64,000 nucleotides of DNA from an uncultured Clostridium sp. (GTDB lineage Bacteria; Bacillota; Clostridia; TANB77; CAG-508), in contig CANOWW010000006.1 of the NCBI GenBank assembly GCA_947571115.1, forward strand, positions 11,902-75,901, given 5' to 3'. Numbering within the stretch: the first letter of the stretch is position 1; each line of letters starts with the position of its first letter. Shown here one piece after another: positions 52,315-62,652 of the stretch. The notes below the pieces were generated by a model. That model did no database searches, was not told the DNA's origin, and saw only the letters and a list, made by a program, of their open reading frames with translations. The translations under genes and the position numbers were made by a program.

Positions 52315-52503
52315 CTATTTCATTCTTAATCTGATTTCTTCAATTTTTTCTGATGCTTCCTCTGCTTGATTTTCTTCTATTTCCTCGATTTTCTCTTCTA
52401 CTTCCAAAACCTCATTATTTACGCTCTCCAAGGCAAATACATAGGATTTTGCAACTAGCAAAAAAATAAAAGACATAACAATAATTCCTATTTTATTTTT
52501 CAT
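52315..52503 (-). CDS. Signal-peptide-bearing small ORF, probably the true N-terminus of the GH25 repeat protein, separated by a frameshift
   Basis: MKNKIGIIVMSFIFLLVAKSYVFA is a typical signal peptide. An acidic linker follows. The -1 frame continues as NEIERVEVEGFIETIGQSFIDSPSNQATFVKPDQSTIEIVGW into the 49811..52237 ORF with no stop. Confidence 0.4.
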   Translation of the reverse strand: MKNKIGIIVMSFIFLLVAKSYVFALESVNNEVLEVEEKIEEIEENQAEEASEKIEEIRLRMK

Positions 52504-52622
52504 TGTGGACCTCCCTATCCTCCAACAAAAACCTCAATAAAATTATTAAAAATTATATCTTTCTATAAAACCTTATAAAAAACTTCCCATAAAAACTGTG
52601 CATTGTTCATTTAAGGGAAGTT

Positions 52623-52696
52623 TGGCAGGGGTAGAAGGATTCGAACCCTCACAGGCGGTTTTGGAGACCGATGTGCTACCATTAACACTATACCCC
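52623..52696 (-). tRNA. trnW: tRNA-Trp (anticodon CCA)
   Basis: The reverse complement is GGGGTATAGTGTTAATGGTAGCACATCGGTCTCCAAAACCGCCTGTGAGGGTTCGAATCCTTCTACCCCTGCCA. It forms a cloverleaf with a GGTTCGAATCC T-arm, a CTCCAAA anticodon loop and an encoded CCA 3' end. Confidence 0.85.
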
Positions 52697-52774
52697 TATT
52701 TTTTGACTTGCTTTATTATTATACACAAAATATAAAAATAATGCAAGTCATTTTTCATAAAATATAAATTTTTT

Positions 52775-54340
52775 CTATTTTCTCTTTTTTCTATGTCTCC
52801 AAACAAAAATTCCAACTAAAATAATCACAATCGGAATTGTAAAAATAATCGCTAAAACTACCCTATTTTGATTTTCCGTTGCGGTAAATACATAAGAAGT
52901 TCCAGACATATCTTTTCGGATTGTTAATGTATTTTCCTTTTCAGATAAGTAAGCAATACTATTGATAGCAAAATCTTTATTGCTTTCTATATAAGATATT
53001 GGATAGTTTCTATCTAATTCCTCTACAATATAATCTGCAAAAAATCTACCATTTCCTGCAATGACCATTTTGGATTCAATTTTGTCTACTTTTCCTTCTG
53101 GATTGGCTTCTTCTGCCCCTTCTGTTGCCTGTTCCTCAGAACCTTCTGCAATTGTTTTTGTCATCAAAGCTGAAACTGTAAAATGACCTGTTTGTGCAGT
53201 TGAAGTTGCGTTTGCCAAATTCGTTGAAAAATCTGTAATAAACATCGCATTATCTGTTGTTCCAAGCAATTCTTCTTTCGTTACTTTCAAATTCTGCAAT
53301 TCTTCGTCTGACTTAAAATTCAGTTTTTGGCTATACGCAAGCCATATGCGGCTATCTGTCGCAATATCAGCTGTAATCTCGTTTGTGCTTGAAATTTGCG
53401 GAATAAAAACATAAGGATAATTGGCTGCCATATAATTACTATTGGTTTCAAAAATATAACCATTTTCAAAACTTACCCCATACACATCCAATATTTTTTG
53501 CAAATTAGGAAAAGTCGTACTTTGACTAACTACATCTTGTGTTACAAATAAATTTCCGCCTTTGCCAATATAATCAATCACAGCATTTGCTTCATTTTCT
53601 AAAAAATCTGTTGCTGGCGAGATAATCGCTAAAACATTACAGTCATCTGGCACACTTCCTGTTGTAATTAAATTGATATTGGAAATATCAAAAGCTTCAT
53701 TTTTCAAATATGTCGACAAAACGCCCAATTCAGCTTGCATACTCTCTTCAGTGCTAATGGCAAATTCTTCATGTCCCTGTACAAAATACACTTTAGGCTT
53801 ATTTTCCGTTCCTAAACTCAAAATTGAATTTGTTAAAGTTTGCTCTGTTGTATCAATTTGGGCATAAGTTGTATAGTCATAACTGGTAAATTCTGACCTT
53901 GCATCAATAATTTTTTTGCTGTTACCAGATTCTACTACAACAATGGGATAGCCATCTTCTAATTCAAATTCTTGCACTTTTTCTAAATTGCTTTCACTCG
54001 ACAACATCTCATAGGAAATCTTATCATTTGCCTCGCAATATTGTTTGACAAGCCCTACAACAGAATTATCCTCTTCAATTCCAAAAAGATACAACTTGAT
54101 ATCTTGGTCGATTGACTCCAATGCCTTTTTAGAAGTTTCTGAAAGTGTATAAATTTTATTAGCCGTTACGTCAATTTCGGGCAACTCCAATGTATTGATC
54201 CAAACATTTAAACCAACAAAAGCTCCTATTAGTACAAGCACTAACAATAATGTCAGCCATCTACTCGAAATAAATATTTTTCTCATTTTCAAAGAGAATT
54301 TTTCGGAAAATTTAATTTCTGTTTTTTCTTGTTCACTCAT
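52775..54340 (-). CDS. GldG-like ABC-transporter accessory protein (Gldg family)
   Basis: N- and C-terminal transmembrane anchors with a large extracytoplasmic domain. It lies in an operon with an ABC-2 permease and an ATPase. Length 521 aa. Confidence 0.55.
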   Translation of the reverse strand: MSEQEKTEIKFSEKFSLKMRKIFISSRWLTLLLVLVLIGAFVGLNVWINTLELPEIDVTANKIYTLSETSKKALESIDQDIKLYLFGIEEDNSVVGLVKQYCEANDKISYEMLSSESNLEKVQEFELEDGYPIVVVESGNSKKIIDARSEFTSYDYTTYAQIDTTEQTLTNSILSLGTENKPKVYFVQGHEEFAISTEESMQAELGVLSTYLKNEAFDISNINLITTGSVPDDCNVLAIISPATDFLENEANAVIDYIGKGGNLFVTQDVVSQSTTFPNLQKILDVYGVSFENGYIFETNSNYMAANYPYVFIPQISSTNEITADIATDSRIWLAYSQKLNFKSDEELQNLKVTKEELLGTTDNAMFITDFSTNLANATSTAQTGHFTVSALMTKTIAEGSEEQATEGAEEANPEGKVDKIESKMVIAGNGRFFADYIVEELDRNYPISYIESNKDFAINSIAYLSEKENTLTIRKDMSGTSYVFTATENQNRVVLAIIFTIPIVIILVGIFVWRHRKKRK

Positions 54341-54351
54341 TTTCTTCCCTC

Positions 54352-55032
54352 CTACTTCACACTTTTTCTTCTTTGCAATACAATGATTGTCAACAATATA
54401 AATAACACTGAGAATGACACATATGTGATAATTTCAGAAACAGAAATCAACCCTGCTGGAAATTTGTCAAACATAGCAATCAATGAAAACATTTGCAATG
54501 AACTTGCCATTTGTGGCAAAAACCACATGAGCAAAAACACACCAGTTGTCACAAAATAGGCTACAATTTGGCTTTCCGTAATCGAAGAAGCAAACATGCC
54601 AAAAGAAAGATACGCTATACTTAGCAATAAAAATCCAAATAACGTGCTAATTGCCACTTTTAAAGATGGGTCGCCGAAATATTTTAAAATTGCAAAATAA
54701 ACAAAAGTCAAAGCCTCTGTTACCACCAAAACAATTCCTGCTGCCAACAATTTGCCAAATACAACCGCTGTCAAACTTCTGGGTGCTGTTAACAATAACT
54801 GTTCTGTTCCTGACTTTCTTTCTGCTGAAAACATTCCCATTGTCAAAACTGGAGCCACAAATGTCAAAATAGTTGCCCCATTATAAAATAAATTCTCAAA
54901 ATTCAAAGACTGGTAACTAAATATTGAAATATAGAAAAACACACTAAATAACAATAAAAATATCCCAATAAATACATAGCCTGTTGGAGATAAAAGATAA
55001 CTTTTTAATTCTTTTTTCATTACTGCAAACAT
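54352..55032 (-). CDS. ABC-2 family transporter permease (GldF-like)
   Basis: 226 aa with six predicted transmembrane helices. Its start overlaps the upstream ATPase stop. Confidence 0.6.
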   Translation of the reverse strand: MFAVMKKELKSYLLSPTGYVFIGIFLLLFSVFFYISIFSYQSLNFENLFYNGATILTFVAPVLTMGMFSAERKSGTEQLLLTAPRSLTAVVFGKLLAAGIVLVVTEALTFVYFAILKYFGDPSLKVAISTLFGFLLLSIAYLSFGMFASSITESQIVAYFVTTGVFLLMWFLPQMASSLQMFSLIAMFDKFPAGLISVSEIITYVSFSVLFILLTIIVLQRRKSVK

Positions 55033-56123
55033 TACTCATTTCCTCCTTTATTTTTTTCAGCCTTTTTCGCTGCTTTTTCCTCTTTTTTCGCTTGTTTTTG
55101 TTCCTTTTTGGCTGATTTGTCTTCCCTCAATTCTTGAATTTCCTTTTCATACTGGATTTTTTTAATCTCTTTTTGACTATATTCTGGTCTATCTTCAATC
55201 AACTTCACAAATGCATCCTCTAAGGAAACTTCTTGCTGTTTCATTTCTAAAATAATAATATTGGATTTGGCACAAGTGGTCGAAATTTCTTTTCGAATGT
55301 CTTGCCCATTTTCTGCAACAATACTATATTCTTTACTTCCGTCTTCTTTTTCTTCCACAAAAGTGATGTCCTTAATGGCTTGAATTTCTTCATGAATCGA
55401 AGGCAACTGTTTTTCCTCAGTTTCTTCCACTACAACCGTAATAACTTGGTCTTTTTCCGATAATTTTTCCAAATTCTCAGGTGTATCCACTGCCACAATT
55501 TCGCCCTTATCAATAATAATCACTTTCTCGCAAATCTGGCTAATTTCAGACAAAATATGAGAACTCAAAATAACGGTATGGTCTTTTCCAAAAGACTTGA
55601 TTAATTCACGTATTTCAATAACTTGTTTTGGATCCAATCCCACAGTTGGCTCATCCAAAATCAAAATTTTTGGATCCCCAACAATCGCTCCTGCCATACT
55701 TACTCTTTGCTTATAACCTCTTGAAAGAATTTTCGTCAAGTTATTTTGTACACTCTCTAAACCTGTACTTTTAATCGCTTTTTCAACAGCAGCTTTTTTT
55801 TCCTTTCTTGGAATCATTTTCAAATCCGCCATATAATTCACAAACTCTTTGACTGTCAAATCGGAATACAACGGCGTTCCTTCTGGCATATAGCCAATTT
55901 GCTTTTTTACCTTTTTGGGCTTTTTGTCAACATCAAACCCGCCGACTAAAATTTGTCCACTTGTTGGCTCAATAAAACCTGTTATCATATTCATCGTGGT
56001 CGATTTTCCTGCTCCATTTCTTCCCAAAAAACCTACAATTTCTCCTTCTTTTATCTCGAAATTAATATTTCTTACTGCAAAAAAATCGCCATATCGTTTC
56101 GTAACATTTTTTACTTCGATCAA
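55032..56123 (-). CDS. ABC transporter ATP-binding protein with a Lys/Glu-rich C-terminal tail
   Basis: Walker A GRNGAGKST, signature LSRGYKQRVSMA, Walker B ILILDEPT. The C-terminus is KEQKQAKKEEKAAKKAEK. Confidence 0.8.
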   Translation of the reverse strand: MIEVKNVTKRYGDFFAVRNINFEIKEGEIVGFLGRNGAGKSTTMNMITGFIEPTSGQILVGGFDVDKKPKKVKKQIGYMPEGTPLYSDLTVKEFVNYMADLKMIPRKEKKAAVEKAIKSTGLESVQNNLTKILSRGYKQRVSMAGAIVGDPKILILDEPTVGLDPKQVIEIRELIKSFGKDHTVILSSHILSEISQICEKVIIIDKGEIVAVDTPENLEKLSEKDQVITVVVEETEEKQLPSIHEEIQAIKDITFVEEKEDGSKEYSIVAENGQDIRKEISTTCAKSNIIILEMKQQEVSLEDAFVKLIEDRPEYSQKEIKKIQYEKEIQELREDKSAKKEQKQAKKEEKAAKKAEKNKGGNE

Positions 56124-56198
56124 AGCCTTTTCCTCCTTTACTCACATTTCTCATTGATTGTACATTCTAAACCTTAAAATAAGCTTAAAATATCACTT

Positions 56199-56849
56199 TT
56201 ACCATTTTGCAATGAATGCCTTTATCGCAATTCCTTCTTCAGAAAACATTTTTTCATGCTCTGTTACAATATTTTCTTCAAAAATTGGAGCATTGTGCAA
56301 ATCCTTTGTCTGAACGATAATCTGAAATCCGCAGTTTTGCAAATACTCTAAACTTGCTTCAAACAATTCATCATTATCTGTTTTAAAATAAATTTCCCCA
56401 CCTTTTTGCAAGAAAATTTTATAATTTTCAAGCTGTTTCGTATGCGTCAAACGTCTTTTGTTATGTTTTCCTCGTGGCCATGGATTGCAAAAATTAATAT
56501 AAATTCTATCCACTGTATCTTTTTCGCCAAAAACTTCTAAAATCCTTTCTACATTTGCACGAATTAAAAATAAATTTTCCGGATTTTGATTTTGATAAGC
56601 TTGTTCAACATTTCTCTTTGAAAGCCCCAACATTGCTTCTATCATATCCACCGCAATGTAATTGATATCGGGATGCGTTACTGCCAAATTCGCTATAAAA
56701 TTTCCTTTGCCACATCCCAATTCCACATGAAGTGGCTGATTTTTAGGAAATTGCTCTCGCCACTTATTTTTGTAAATACTTGGATTATCTATGTAAAATG
56801 CTGCCTCTTCTAATTCCTGTTTCGCCCATTTTCTTCTACGAATTCGCAT
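56199..56849 (-). CDS. trmB: tRNA (guanine-N7)-methyltransferase
   Basis: The SAM-binding motif VELGCGKGNFIANLAVTHPDINYIAVD is present. Length 216 aa. Confidence 0.8.
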   Translation of the reverse strand: MRIRRRKWAKQELEEAAFYIDNPSIYKNKWREQFPKNQPLHVELGCGKGNFIANLAVTHPDINYIAVDMIEAMLGLSKRNVEQAYQNQNPENLFLIRANVERILEVFGEKDTVDRIYINFCNPWPRGKHNKRRLTHTKQLENYKIFLQKGGEIYFKTDNDELFEASLEYLQNCGFQIIVQTKDLHNAPIFEENIVTEHEKMFSEEGIAIKAFIAKW

Positions 56850-57029
56850 TTTTTATTCCTTTCTCTTTTTCTCTAAATGATATTTATTAATTTTGAAACG
56901 ACTTGTGGGGACCGTTCAAAAATTATCAAAATCTTTGATTTTGTCATAATTTTTAGAATGGGGAAAATGGAAAAATTAATAAATATCATTTAACAAAATA
57001 TGAAGCATGGGTAATCCCATGCCCCTAAA

Positions 57030-59459
57030 CTACTTAATTACAATATTATAAATTTTTCCATTTACATAAATTTCTTTCACAATCGTTTTTCCTTCTAGAT
57101 TTTTACGCACAATTTCATTTTCATGAACAGCCTTCTTGATATCTTCTTCCGCCAAATCCTTTGAAACCATAATCGTTGTTTTCAATTTGCCATTGACTTG
57201 AATTGGAATTTGAATTTCATCATCCACCGTCTTTGCCTCGTCATACGTTGGCCAAGGCATTTCAGCAATCGTTTTTGTTTGACCAATTTCTTCAAATAAT
57301 TCCTCTGTCATATGTGGCGCAAATGGATCTAACAATTGCAAAAAGGTTTTATATTCCCCTTTTGACAGCTTTTTGTCTTTGTAGAATTCATTTACCATTG
57401 TCATAAATGTCGCAATCGCTGTGTTAAACTTCATTTCCTCAATATCGCTACTGACTTTTTTAATCGCCTTATGCATCATTTTTTCGTGCTCTGGCAAATA
57501 ATTTTCATCCTCCACCAACATGTCTTTTAAATTCCAAACTCTGTCCAAAAACTTGCCACAGCCACGAATGCTTTCCATAGACCACGCTGCCACTTGGTCA
57601 AAAGGTCCCATAAACATCTCATAAACACGGAATGTATCTGCCCCAAATTCTTCAATAATATCATCTGGATTAATCACGTTTCCCTTTGATTTGGACATTT
57701 TTTCGCCATTGGTTCCCAAAATCATGCCATGAGAAGTACGTTTTTGATATGGTTCCTTAGTTGGCACAACACCAATATCATACAAAAATTTATGCCAAAA
57801 TCTCGAATACAATAAATGCAGTGTCGTATGTTCCATTCCGCCATTATACCAGTCAATCGGAGACCAATATTCCAACGCTTCCTTAGACGCCAATGCATCA
57901 TTATTATGAGGATCCATATAGCGCAAGAAATACCATGACGAACCAGCCCATTGAGGCATGGTATCTGTTTCACGTTTTGCCGCTTTTCCACAATGTGGGC
58001 ACTTTGTTTGTATCCAATCTAATTGTTTTGCAAGTGGAGACTCACCATTTTCACTTGGTTCATAATCTTCGATATCTGGCAACTTTAGCGGCAACTCTTC
58101 CTCAGGAATTGGCACCCAACCACAATCCTCGCAATACACCATTGGAATTGGCTCTCCCCAATATCTTTGGCGCGAAAATACCCAATCACGCAACTTATAA
58201 TTCACTTTTTTGGTTCCAATTTTATTTTCCTCAAGATATTGGGTCACTTTCGCAATCGCTTCTTTGACAGGAAGTCCATCAATAAATCCAGAGTTTACTG
58301 CAATACCATCCTCAACATCCGTAAAAGGCTCATTTTCTAAGTCAATTTTAATTGTCTCATCCTTTGCTCGAATCACTTGTTTAATCGGCAAATGAAACTT
58401 TTTTGCAAATTCAAAATCTCTGTCATCATGCGCAGGAACTGCCATAATCGCACCTGTTCCATAAGTTATTAGCACATAATCCGAAATCCAAATCGGAATT
58501 TTTTCGCCTGTTAATGGATTTATTGCTTTCAGCCCTTGAATTTCCACGCCCGTTTTCTCTTTATTCAATTCAGCACGCTCAAAATCTGACTTCAAAACCG
58601 CTTTTTGTTGATACGTTTTAATCTCATCTAAATTTGTGATTTTGTCAGCAAATTTTTCAATTAATTTATGCTCTGGTGCCACAACCATGTAAGTTGCCCC
58701 AAAAATCGTATCTGGTCTTGTTGTATAAATTAGTAAACTCTCGTCTGTGCCATCGATTTTAAACTGAACTTCTGCCCCTTCGCTTCTGCCAATCCAGTTT
58801 TTTTGCTGTGCTTTAATTTTCTCCAAAAAATCAATATCATCTAAATCCTCAATCAATCTTTGCGCATATTCTGTAATTTTCAACATCCATTGACTTTTTT
58901 CTTTTTGCACAACTGGACTGCCACATCTTTCACAAACGCCATTTACCACCTCTTCATTAGCAAGTCCAACTTTGCAACCTGTACAAAAATTAATGGGCAT
59001 CGTTGCTTTATAAGCCAAACCTTTGTTGTACAATTGAATAAAAATCCATTGCGTCCATTTATAATAATCTTCATCCGTTGAACTAACATCTCTTGACCAA
59101 TCAAAAGAAAATCCTAACGCTTTCAATTGTTCCCTAAAATGATTTATATTATTTTCTGTTGTAATTTTAGGATGAATATGATTTTTAATCGCATAATTTT
59201 CAGCAGGCAAGCCAAATGCATCAAATCCAATTGGAAATAAAACATTATAACCTTCCATTCTTCTTTTTCTAGCGATAATATCCATAGCCGTATAACTACG
59301 TGGATGTCCCACATGCAAACCCTGCCCAGAAGGATATGGCCATTCAATTAATCCATACCACTTTTTCGGATTTTTAAAATCTTGTTTCGCTTCAAACGTA
59401 CCTTCTTTGTCCCATTTTTTTTGCCACTTTTTTTCGACTTCTTTAAAATTATATGACAT
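57030..59459 (-). CDS. leuS: Leucine--tRNA ligase
   Basis: HIGH motif region (P)[20 protein letters not shown], the KMSKS motif and the CP1 editing domain. Length 809 aa. Confidence 0.9.
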   Translation of the reverse strand: MSYNFKEVEKKWQKKWDKEGTFEAKQDFKNPKKWYGLIEWPYPSGQGLHVGHPRSYTAMDIIARKRRMEGYNVLFPIGFDAFGLPAENYAIKNHIHPKITTENNINHFREQLKALGFSFDWSRDVSSTDEDYYKWTQWIFIQLYNKGLAYKATMPINFCTGCKVGLANEEVVNGVCERCGSPVVQKEKSQWMLKITEYAQRLIEDLDDIDFLEKIKAQQKNWIGRSEGAEVQFKIDGTDESLLIYTTRPDTIFGATYMVVAPEHKLIEKFADKITNLDEIKTYQQKAVLKSDFERAELNKEKTGVEIQGLKAINPLTGEKIPIWISDYVLITYGTGAIMAVPAHDDRDFEFAKKFHLPIKQVIRAKDETIKIDLENEPFTDVEDGIAVNSGFIDGLPVKEAIAKVTQYLEENKIGTKKVNYKLRDWVFSRQRYWGEPIPMVYCEDCGWVPIPEEELPLKLPDIEDYEPSENGESPLAKQLDWIQTKCPHCGKAAKRETDTMPQWAGSSWYFLRYMDPHNNDALASKEALEYWSPIDWYNGGMEHTTLHLLYSRFWHKFLYDIGVVPTKEPYQKRTSHGMILGTNGEKMSKSKGNVINPDDIIEEFGADTFRVYEMFMGPFDQVAAWSMESIRGCGKFLDRVWNLKDMLVEDENYLPEHEKMMHKAIKKVSSDIEEMKFNTAIATFMTMVNEFYKDKKLSKGEYKTFLQLLDPFAPHMTEELFEEIGQTKTIAEMPWPTYDEAKTVDDEIQIPIQVNGKLKTTIMVSKDLAEEDIKKAVHENEIVRKNLEGKTIVKEIYVNGKIYNIVIK

Positions 59460-59557
59460 TCTTAAAATCGCCTCCTAAATTTCTCTTTATTCCTAATAAT
59501 GATTGATTATATCGCATTTCTTTCAAAAAAACAAGATAAAATCAAAAATTTTTAAAA

Positions 59558-59586
59558 TACAAAAAAACGAACCCTATTAGTTCGTC
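59558..59586 (-). terminator. Terminator downstream of rpmF
   Basis: Stem ACGAAC / GTTCGT with a CCTATTA loop. A U7 run follows on the minus-strand RNA. Confidence 0.6.
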
Positions 59587-59595
59587 TCTTCTTTA

Positions 59596-59787
59596 TTAAT
59601 CTTCATTTGCAGCCTTTTTGGCAATAACTTCTTTTCCATCATAGTACCCACAATTAGAACATACAGTATGTGGTAATACTGGCTCATGGCAATGTGGACA
59701 TGTACCATAATTTTTATCTTTTAATTGCCAAGTTGATCTACGTAAACCTGTTCTTCTTTTTGACCATCTTCTTTTTGGTTGTGCCAT
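59596..59787 (-). CDS. rpmF: 50S ribosomal protein L32
   Basis: MAQPKRRWSKRRTGLRRSTWQLK...CPHCHEP..HTVCSNCGYYDGKEV. The L32 N-terminal signature and zinc-ribbon Cys residues are present. Confidence 0.85.
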   Translation of the reverse strand: MAQPKRRWSKRRTGLRRSTWQLKDKNYGTCPHCHEPVLPHTVCSNCGYYDGKEVIAKKAANED

Positions 59788-59922
59788 TTTCTATCCCTCC
59801 TTAACGCTTAAAATATTTATTAATCTTAAAAATTATTATTTTTCAAAATTTACTTAAATAGTATATAACGTTTTTTTCAGTTTGTCAAGCCCCAAAACCA
59901 GAAAAACAAAATATTCTAATTT

Positions 59923-61083
59923 TTATCCAAAAATTCCTCTTTTTTTCACTGGCGGTTGTTCATTCATCGTTTTGGCAAGCTCTGTCATCAATTTTCTTTG
60001 CTCTGCTGTTAGCTTTTTCGGAATTTGCACATTCACTGTAAACACAAAATCGCCTCTCCAATTTCCATTCACACTTTTAAACCCTTTATTTTTAATCATA
60101 AATCGAGTCCCTGTTTGGGTTCCCTCCGGAATTCTAAATCTTTCTTTACTGCCATCTACCATTGGAATTTCCAACTCTGTCCCCAATGTTGCCCCTGTCA
60201 CTGTGATTGGAATTTCACAAAAAACATGCTCTCCTTGCCTTGTATAAATGCTATGTTTCTTCAAATGAATGACAATGTACAAATTACCTTTTGAGCCACC
60301 ATTCACACCCGGCTCGCCTTCTCCTTGCAAAACAACTGACTGCCCTTCATCAATTCCAGCCGGAATTTTCACTTTAATTTTTACCGATTTTTTATTAATT
60401 CCTTTTCCATGGCAGGTTGTGCAAGGATTTTTAATGACTTTTCCTGTGCCGCCACAAACACTACATACTTTTTGTGTTGACATTTGCCCAAATGGTGTTG
60501 TAACCACTTGCTTGATTTTTCCTTTTCCCCCACAGACACTACACGTTTCAGGTGCGCCACCTTTTTCACTACCAGTACCATTACAAGACCTACAAGTTTC
60601 GTTTCGATTTAAAGTAATTTCTTTTTCCACTCCAGAATAAGCCTCTTCAAATGTAATATTCAAATTTACTCGCAAATCAGCTCCTTTTCTTGGACCATTT
60701 GTATTTCTAGAACGTGAAGAACTTCCTCCTCCAAAAAAAGACGAAAAAATATCTCCTAAATCGCCGAAGTCCCCAAAATCACTAAATCCTCCAAAGCCAT
60801 CAAAACCTGAACCATAAGAATAATAGCCACCACCTTGACCCGCTCCATATTGCGGACCATTAAAGCCAAATTGGTCATACATATGACGTTTTTGCTTATC
60901 AGACAAAGTTTCATAGGCTTCATTGACTTCTTTAAATTTCTTTTCCGCTTCTTCCTTATTGTTTGGGTTCGCATCTGGATGATATTGTTTTGCCAATTTT
61001 CGATAGGCTTTTTTCAATTCATCATCTGTCGCATTTTTACCGACGCCTAATACTTCATAATAATCTCTTTTATTTTCTGCCAT
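59923..61083 (-). CDS. dnaJ: Molecular chaperone DnaJ
   Basis: A J domain (YYEVLGV...HPD), a G/F-rich region and four CxxCxGxG zinc-finger repeats. Length 386 aa. Confidence 0.9.
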   Translation of the reverse strand: MAENKRDYYEVLGVGKNATDDELKKAYRKLAKQYHPDANPNNKEEAEKKFKEVNEAYETLSDKQKRHMYDQFGFNGPQYGAGQGGGYYSYGSGFDGFGGFSDFGDFGDLGDIFSSFFGGGSSSRSRNTNGPRKGADLRVNLNITFEEAYSGVEKEITLNRNETCRSCNGTGSEKGGAPETCSVCGGKGKIKQVVTTPFGQMSTQKVCSVCGGTGKVIKNPCTTCHGKGINKKSVKIKVKIPAGIDEGQSVVLQGEGEPGVNGGSKGNLYIVIHLKKHSIYTRQGEHVFCEIPITVTGATLGTELEIPMVDGSKERFRIPEGTQTGTRFMIKNKGFKSVNGNWRGDFVFTVNVQIPKKLTAEQRKLMTELAKTMNEQPPVKKRGIFG

Positions 61084-61108
61084 TTTAATTGACCTCCAAA
61101 AATTAAAC

Positions 61109-61582
61109 TTAATAACATATAATTTCTCGATTTTGTAAAAATTTCTTAAAATCTTGTAAAATTAATCCGTCTTCATTATCTAATTGTTCTGGTAAATTTT
61201 CTAAATCAAACCATTGTAAATCAGCTACTTCTCTATTGTCTTTTTGCAAATCTCCCTCATACTCTTCTACTAAAAAAACGCATAAAGAATCATATATTTT
61301 ATCTCCATTTGGATATTCAAAATAAAATTTTTTTCCTGTATAAATTCCCATTAACTGCGGATTGATTGGTTTCACATTAATTTCTTCTTTCAATTCTCGC
61401 TCTAATGCTTGCAAATACGTCTCTCCTAATTCAACAGCTCCACCATGAATTGACCATTTACCATTATCAGCTCGCTTCTGCAATAAAACCTTTTCATTTT
61501 GGTAAATAATCGCACCACTCCCGGGACAAAAAATGGGAGCATGCCCTATTTTCTTTCGAATATCTTTTATATAATCTGCCAT
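61109..61582 (-). CDS. NUDIX hydrolase
   Basis: The Nudix box [24 protein letters not shown] is present. Length 157 aa. Confidence 0.75.
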   Translation of the reverse strand: MADYIKDIRKKIGHAPIFCPGSGAIIYQNEKVLLQKRADNGKWSIHGGAVELGETYLQALERELKEEINVKPINPQLMGIYTGKKFYFEYPNGDKIYDSLCVFLVEEYEGDLQKDNREVADLQWFDLENLPEQLDNEDGLILQDFKKFLQNREIICY

Positions 61583-61721
61583 ACATTTTACCTCAATTTA
61601 TATTTTCTGCCCTTACATATATATACCATTTATGCTACATATATGTAAAAACAGTCTAATCTTTAATCATACTGTTCTTTGTTATTTTGGCATTTTTACA
61701 AAATGTACATTGCACATCTGC

Positions 61722-62540
61722 TCAAATATTATTGTTTTCTTTATTACTAATGTAATCTATCATATGATAAGAATCTGTTTCTTTGCTTATCAAAACTAAT
61801 GAGTCTTTTAACCCATTTCCATAATTCAAAACAGAATAATGCTTTCCATTATTATTAAAATCATAAGTTGTACCGAATGATGTTTCTGTTATATCAATAT
61901 CTTTTTGTATTTCAATGATACTTTTCATCGTTGCATCTATTTCTGTATCTAAAAGAAAATCTGTTTGATAACCTTCTGGTTTCTCTCTATCACTCGCATA
62001 AGTCCACACTCCAATTTCTTCTTTATCATATCTAGTATTTGGAAAATCAATTTTAAATTCTACAATTTTATCTGGATAATCGCAATCATAAAAAAAGTAA
62101 AAATTATCTCCCAGTTCGAAAAAGCCTTTATCATATTTCTTCAAAGGAGTCATTCCATAACTTTTGCCACAATACTCATTGGAATTTTTATCATAAAGAT
62201 TATAATAACTTAGAATTATTTTTCTACCTTCAAAAAGGTCACTATCATTAACTCCCTTATTTTTTATTTTTATCGTTTCATTCGTTGCTTCAATTTTAAT
62301 TTTATAAGCAGTTTCCATCCCCATTGTTTTTCTATTTCTTGCACTTCCACCATGTAGTACTTTAGAGTTAACATCCATAATTTCTGCTAGTTCACTTTTG
62401 TCGTATTTTGAATAAGTATTGATTCGTTTAAAAGTTATAAATATTTTATAAACAGACATAATTAAATAGATAATTAAAAGAATATTCAAACACCATTTTA
62501 TGATTTTGAAACTTTTATTTTCTTTCATGTATTTCTCCAC
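61722..62540 (-). CDS. Hypothetical membrane-anchored protein (272 aa)
   Basis: An N-terminal transmembrane helix. No motif was recognised. Confidence 0.35.
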   Translation of the reverse strand: MEKYMKENKSFKIIKWCLNILLIIYLIMSVYKIFITFKRINTYSKYDKSELAEIMDVNSKVLHGGSARNRKTMGMETAYKIKIEATNETIKIKNKGVNDSDLFEGRKIILSYYNLYDKNSNEYCGKSYGMTPLKKYDKGFFELGDNFYFFYDCDYPDKIVEFKIDFPNTRYDKEEIGVWTYASDREKPEGYQTDFLLDTEIDATMKSIIEIQKDIDITETSFGTTYDFNNNGKHYSVLNYGNGLKDSLVLISKETDSYHMIDYISNKENNNI

Positions 62541-62599
62541 TTTTATAAGGTATCATTATCTTTAATATTGAGCGAATGTGAGCATTCGACCCTACCTAT

Positions 62600-62632
62600 T
62601 TTTGTATAGGGCACGGTGCCCCGTGCCCCTAC
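62600..62632 (-). terminator. GC-rich hairpin terminator downstream of dnaK
   Basis: Stem GGGCACGG / CCGTGCCC with a TGCC loop. It is followed by an A/U-rich tract. Confidence 0.5.
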
Positions 62633-62652
62633 AATTTAGAAACAATTGTGCT

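Noticed and set aside
59460-59595. Expected T-box leader upstream of leuS
   Set aside because: Only about 135 nt separate the leuS start from the rpmF stop. The segment holds just a short terminator hairpin. It has no specifier-loop or T-box consensus (AATTAGGGTGGTACCGCG-like) and is too short for a T-box riboswitch.
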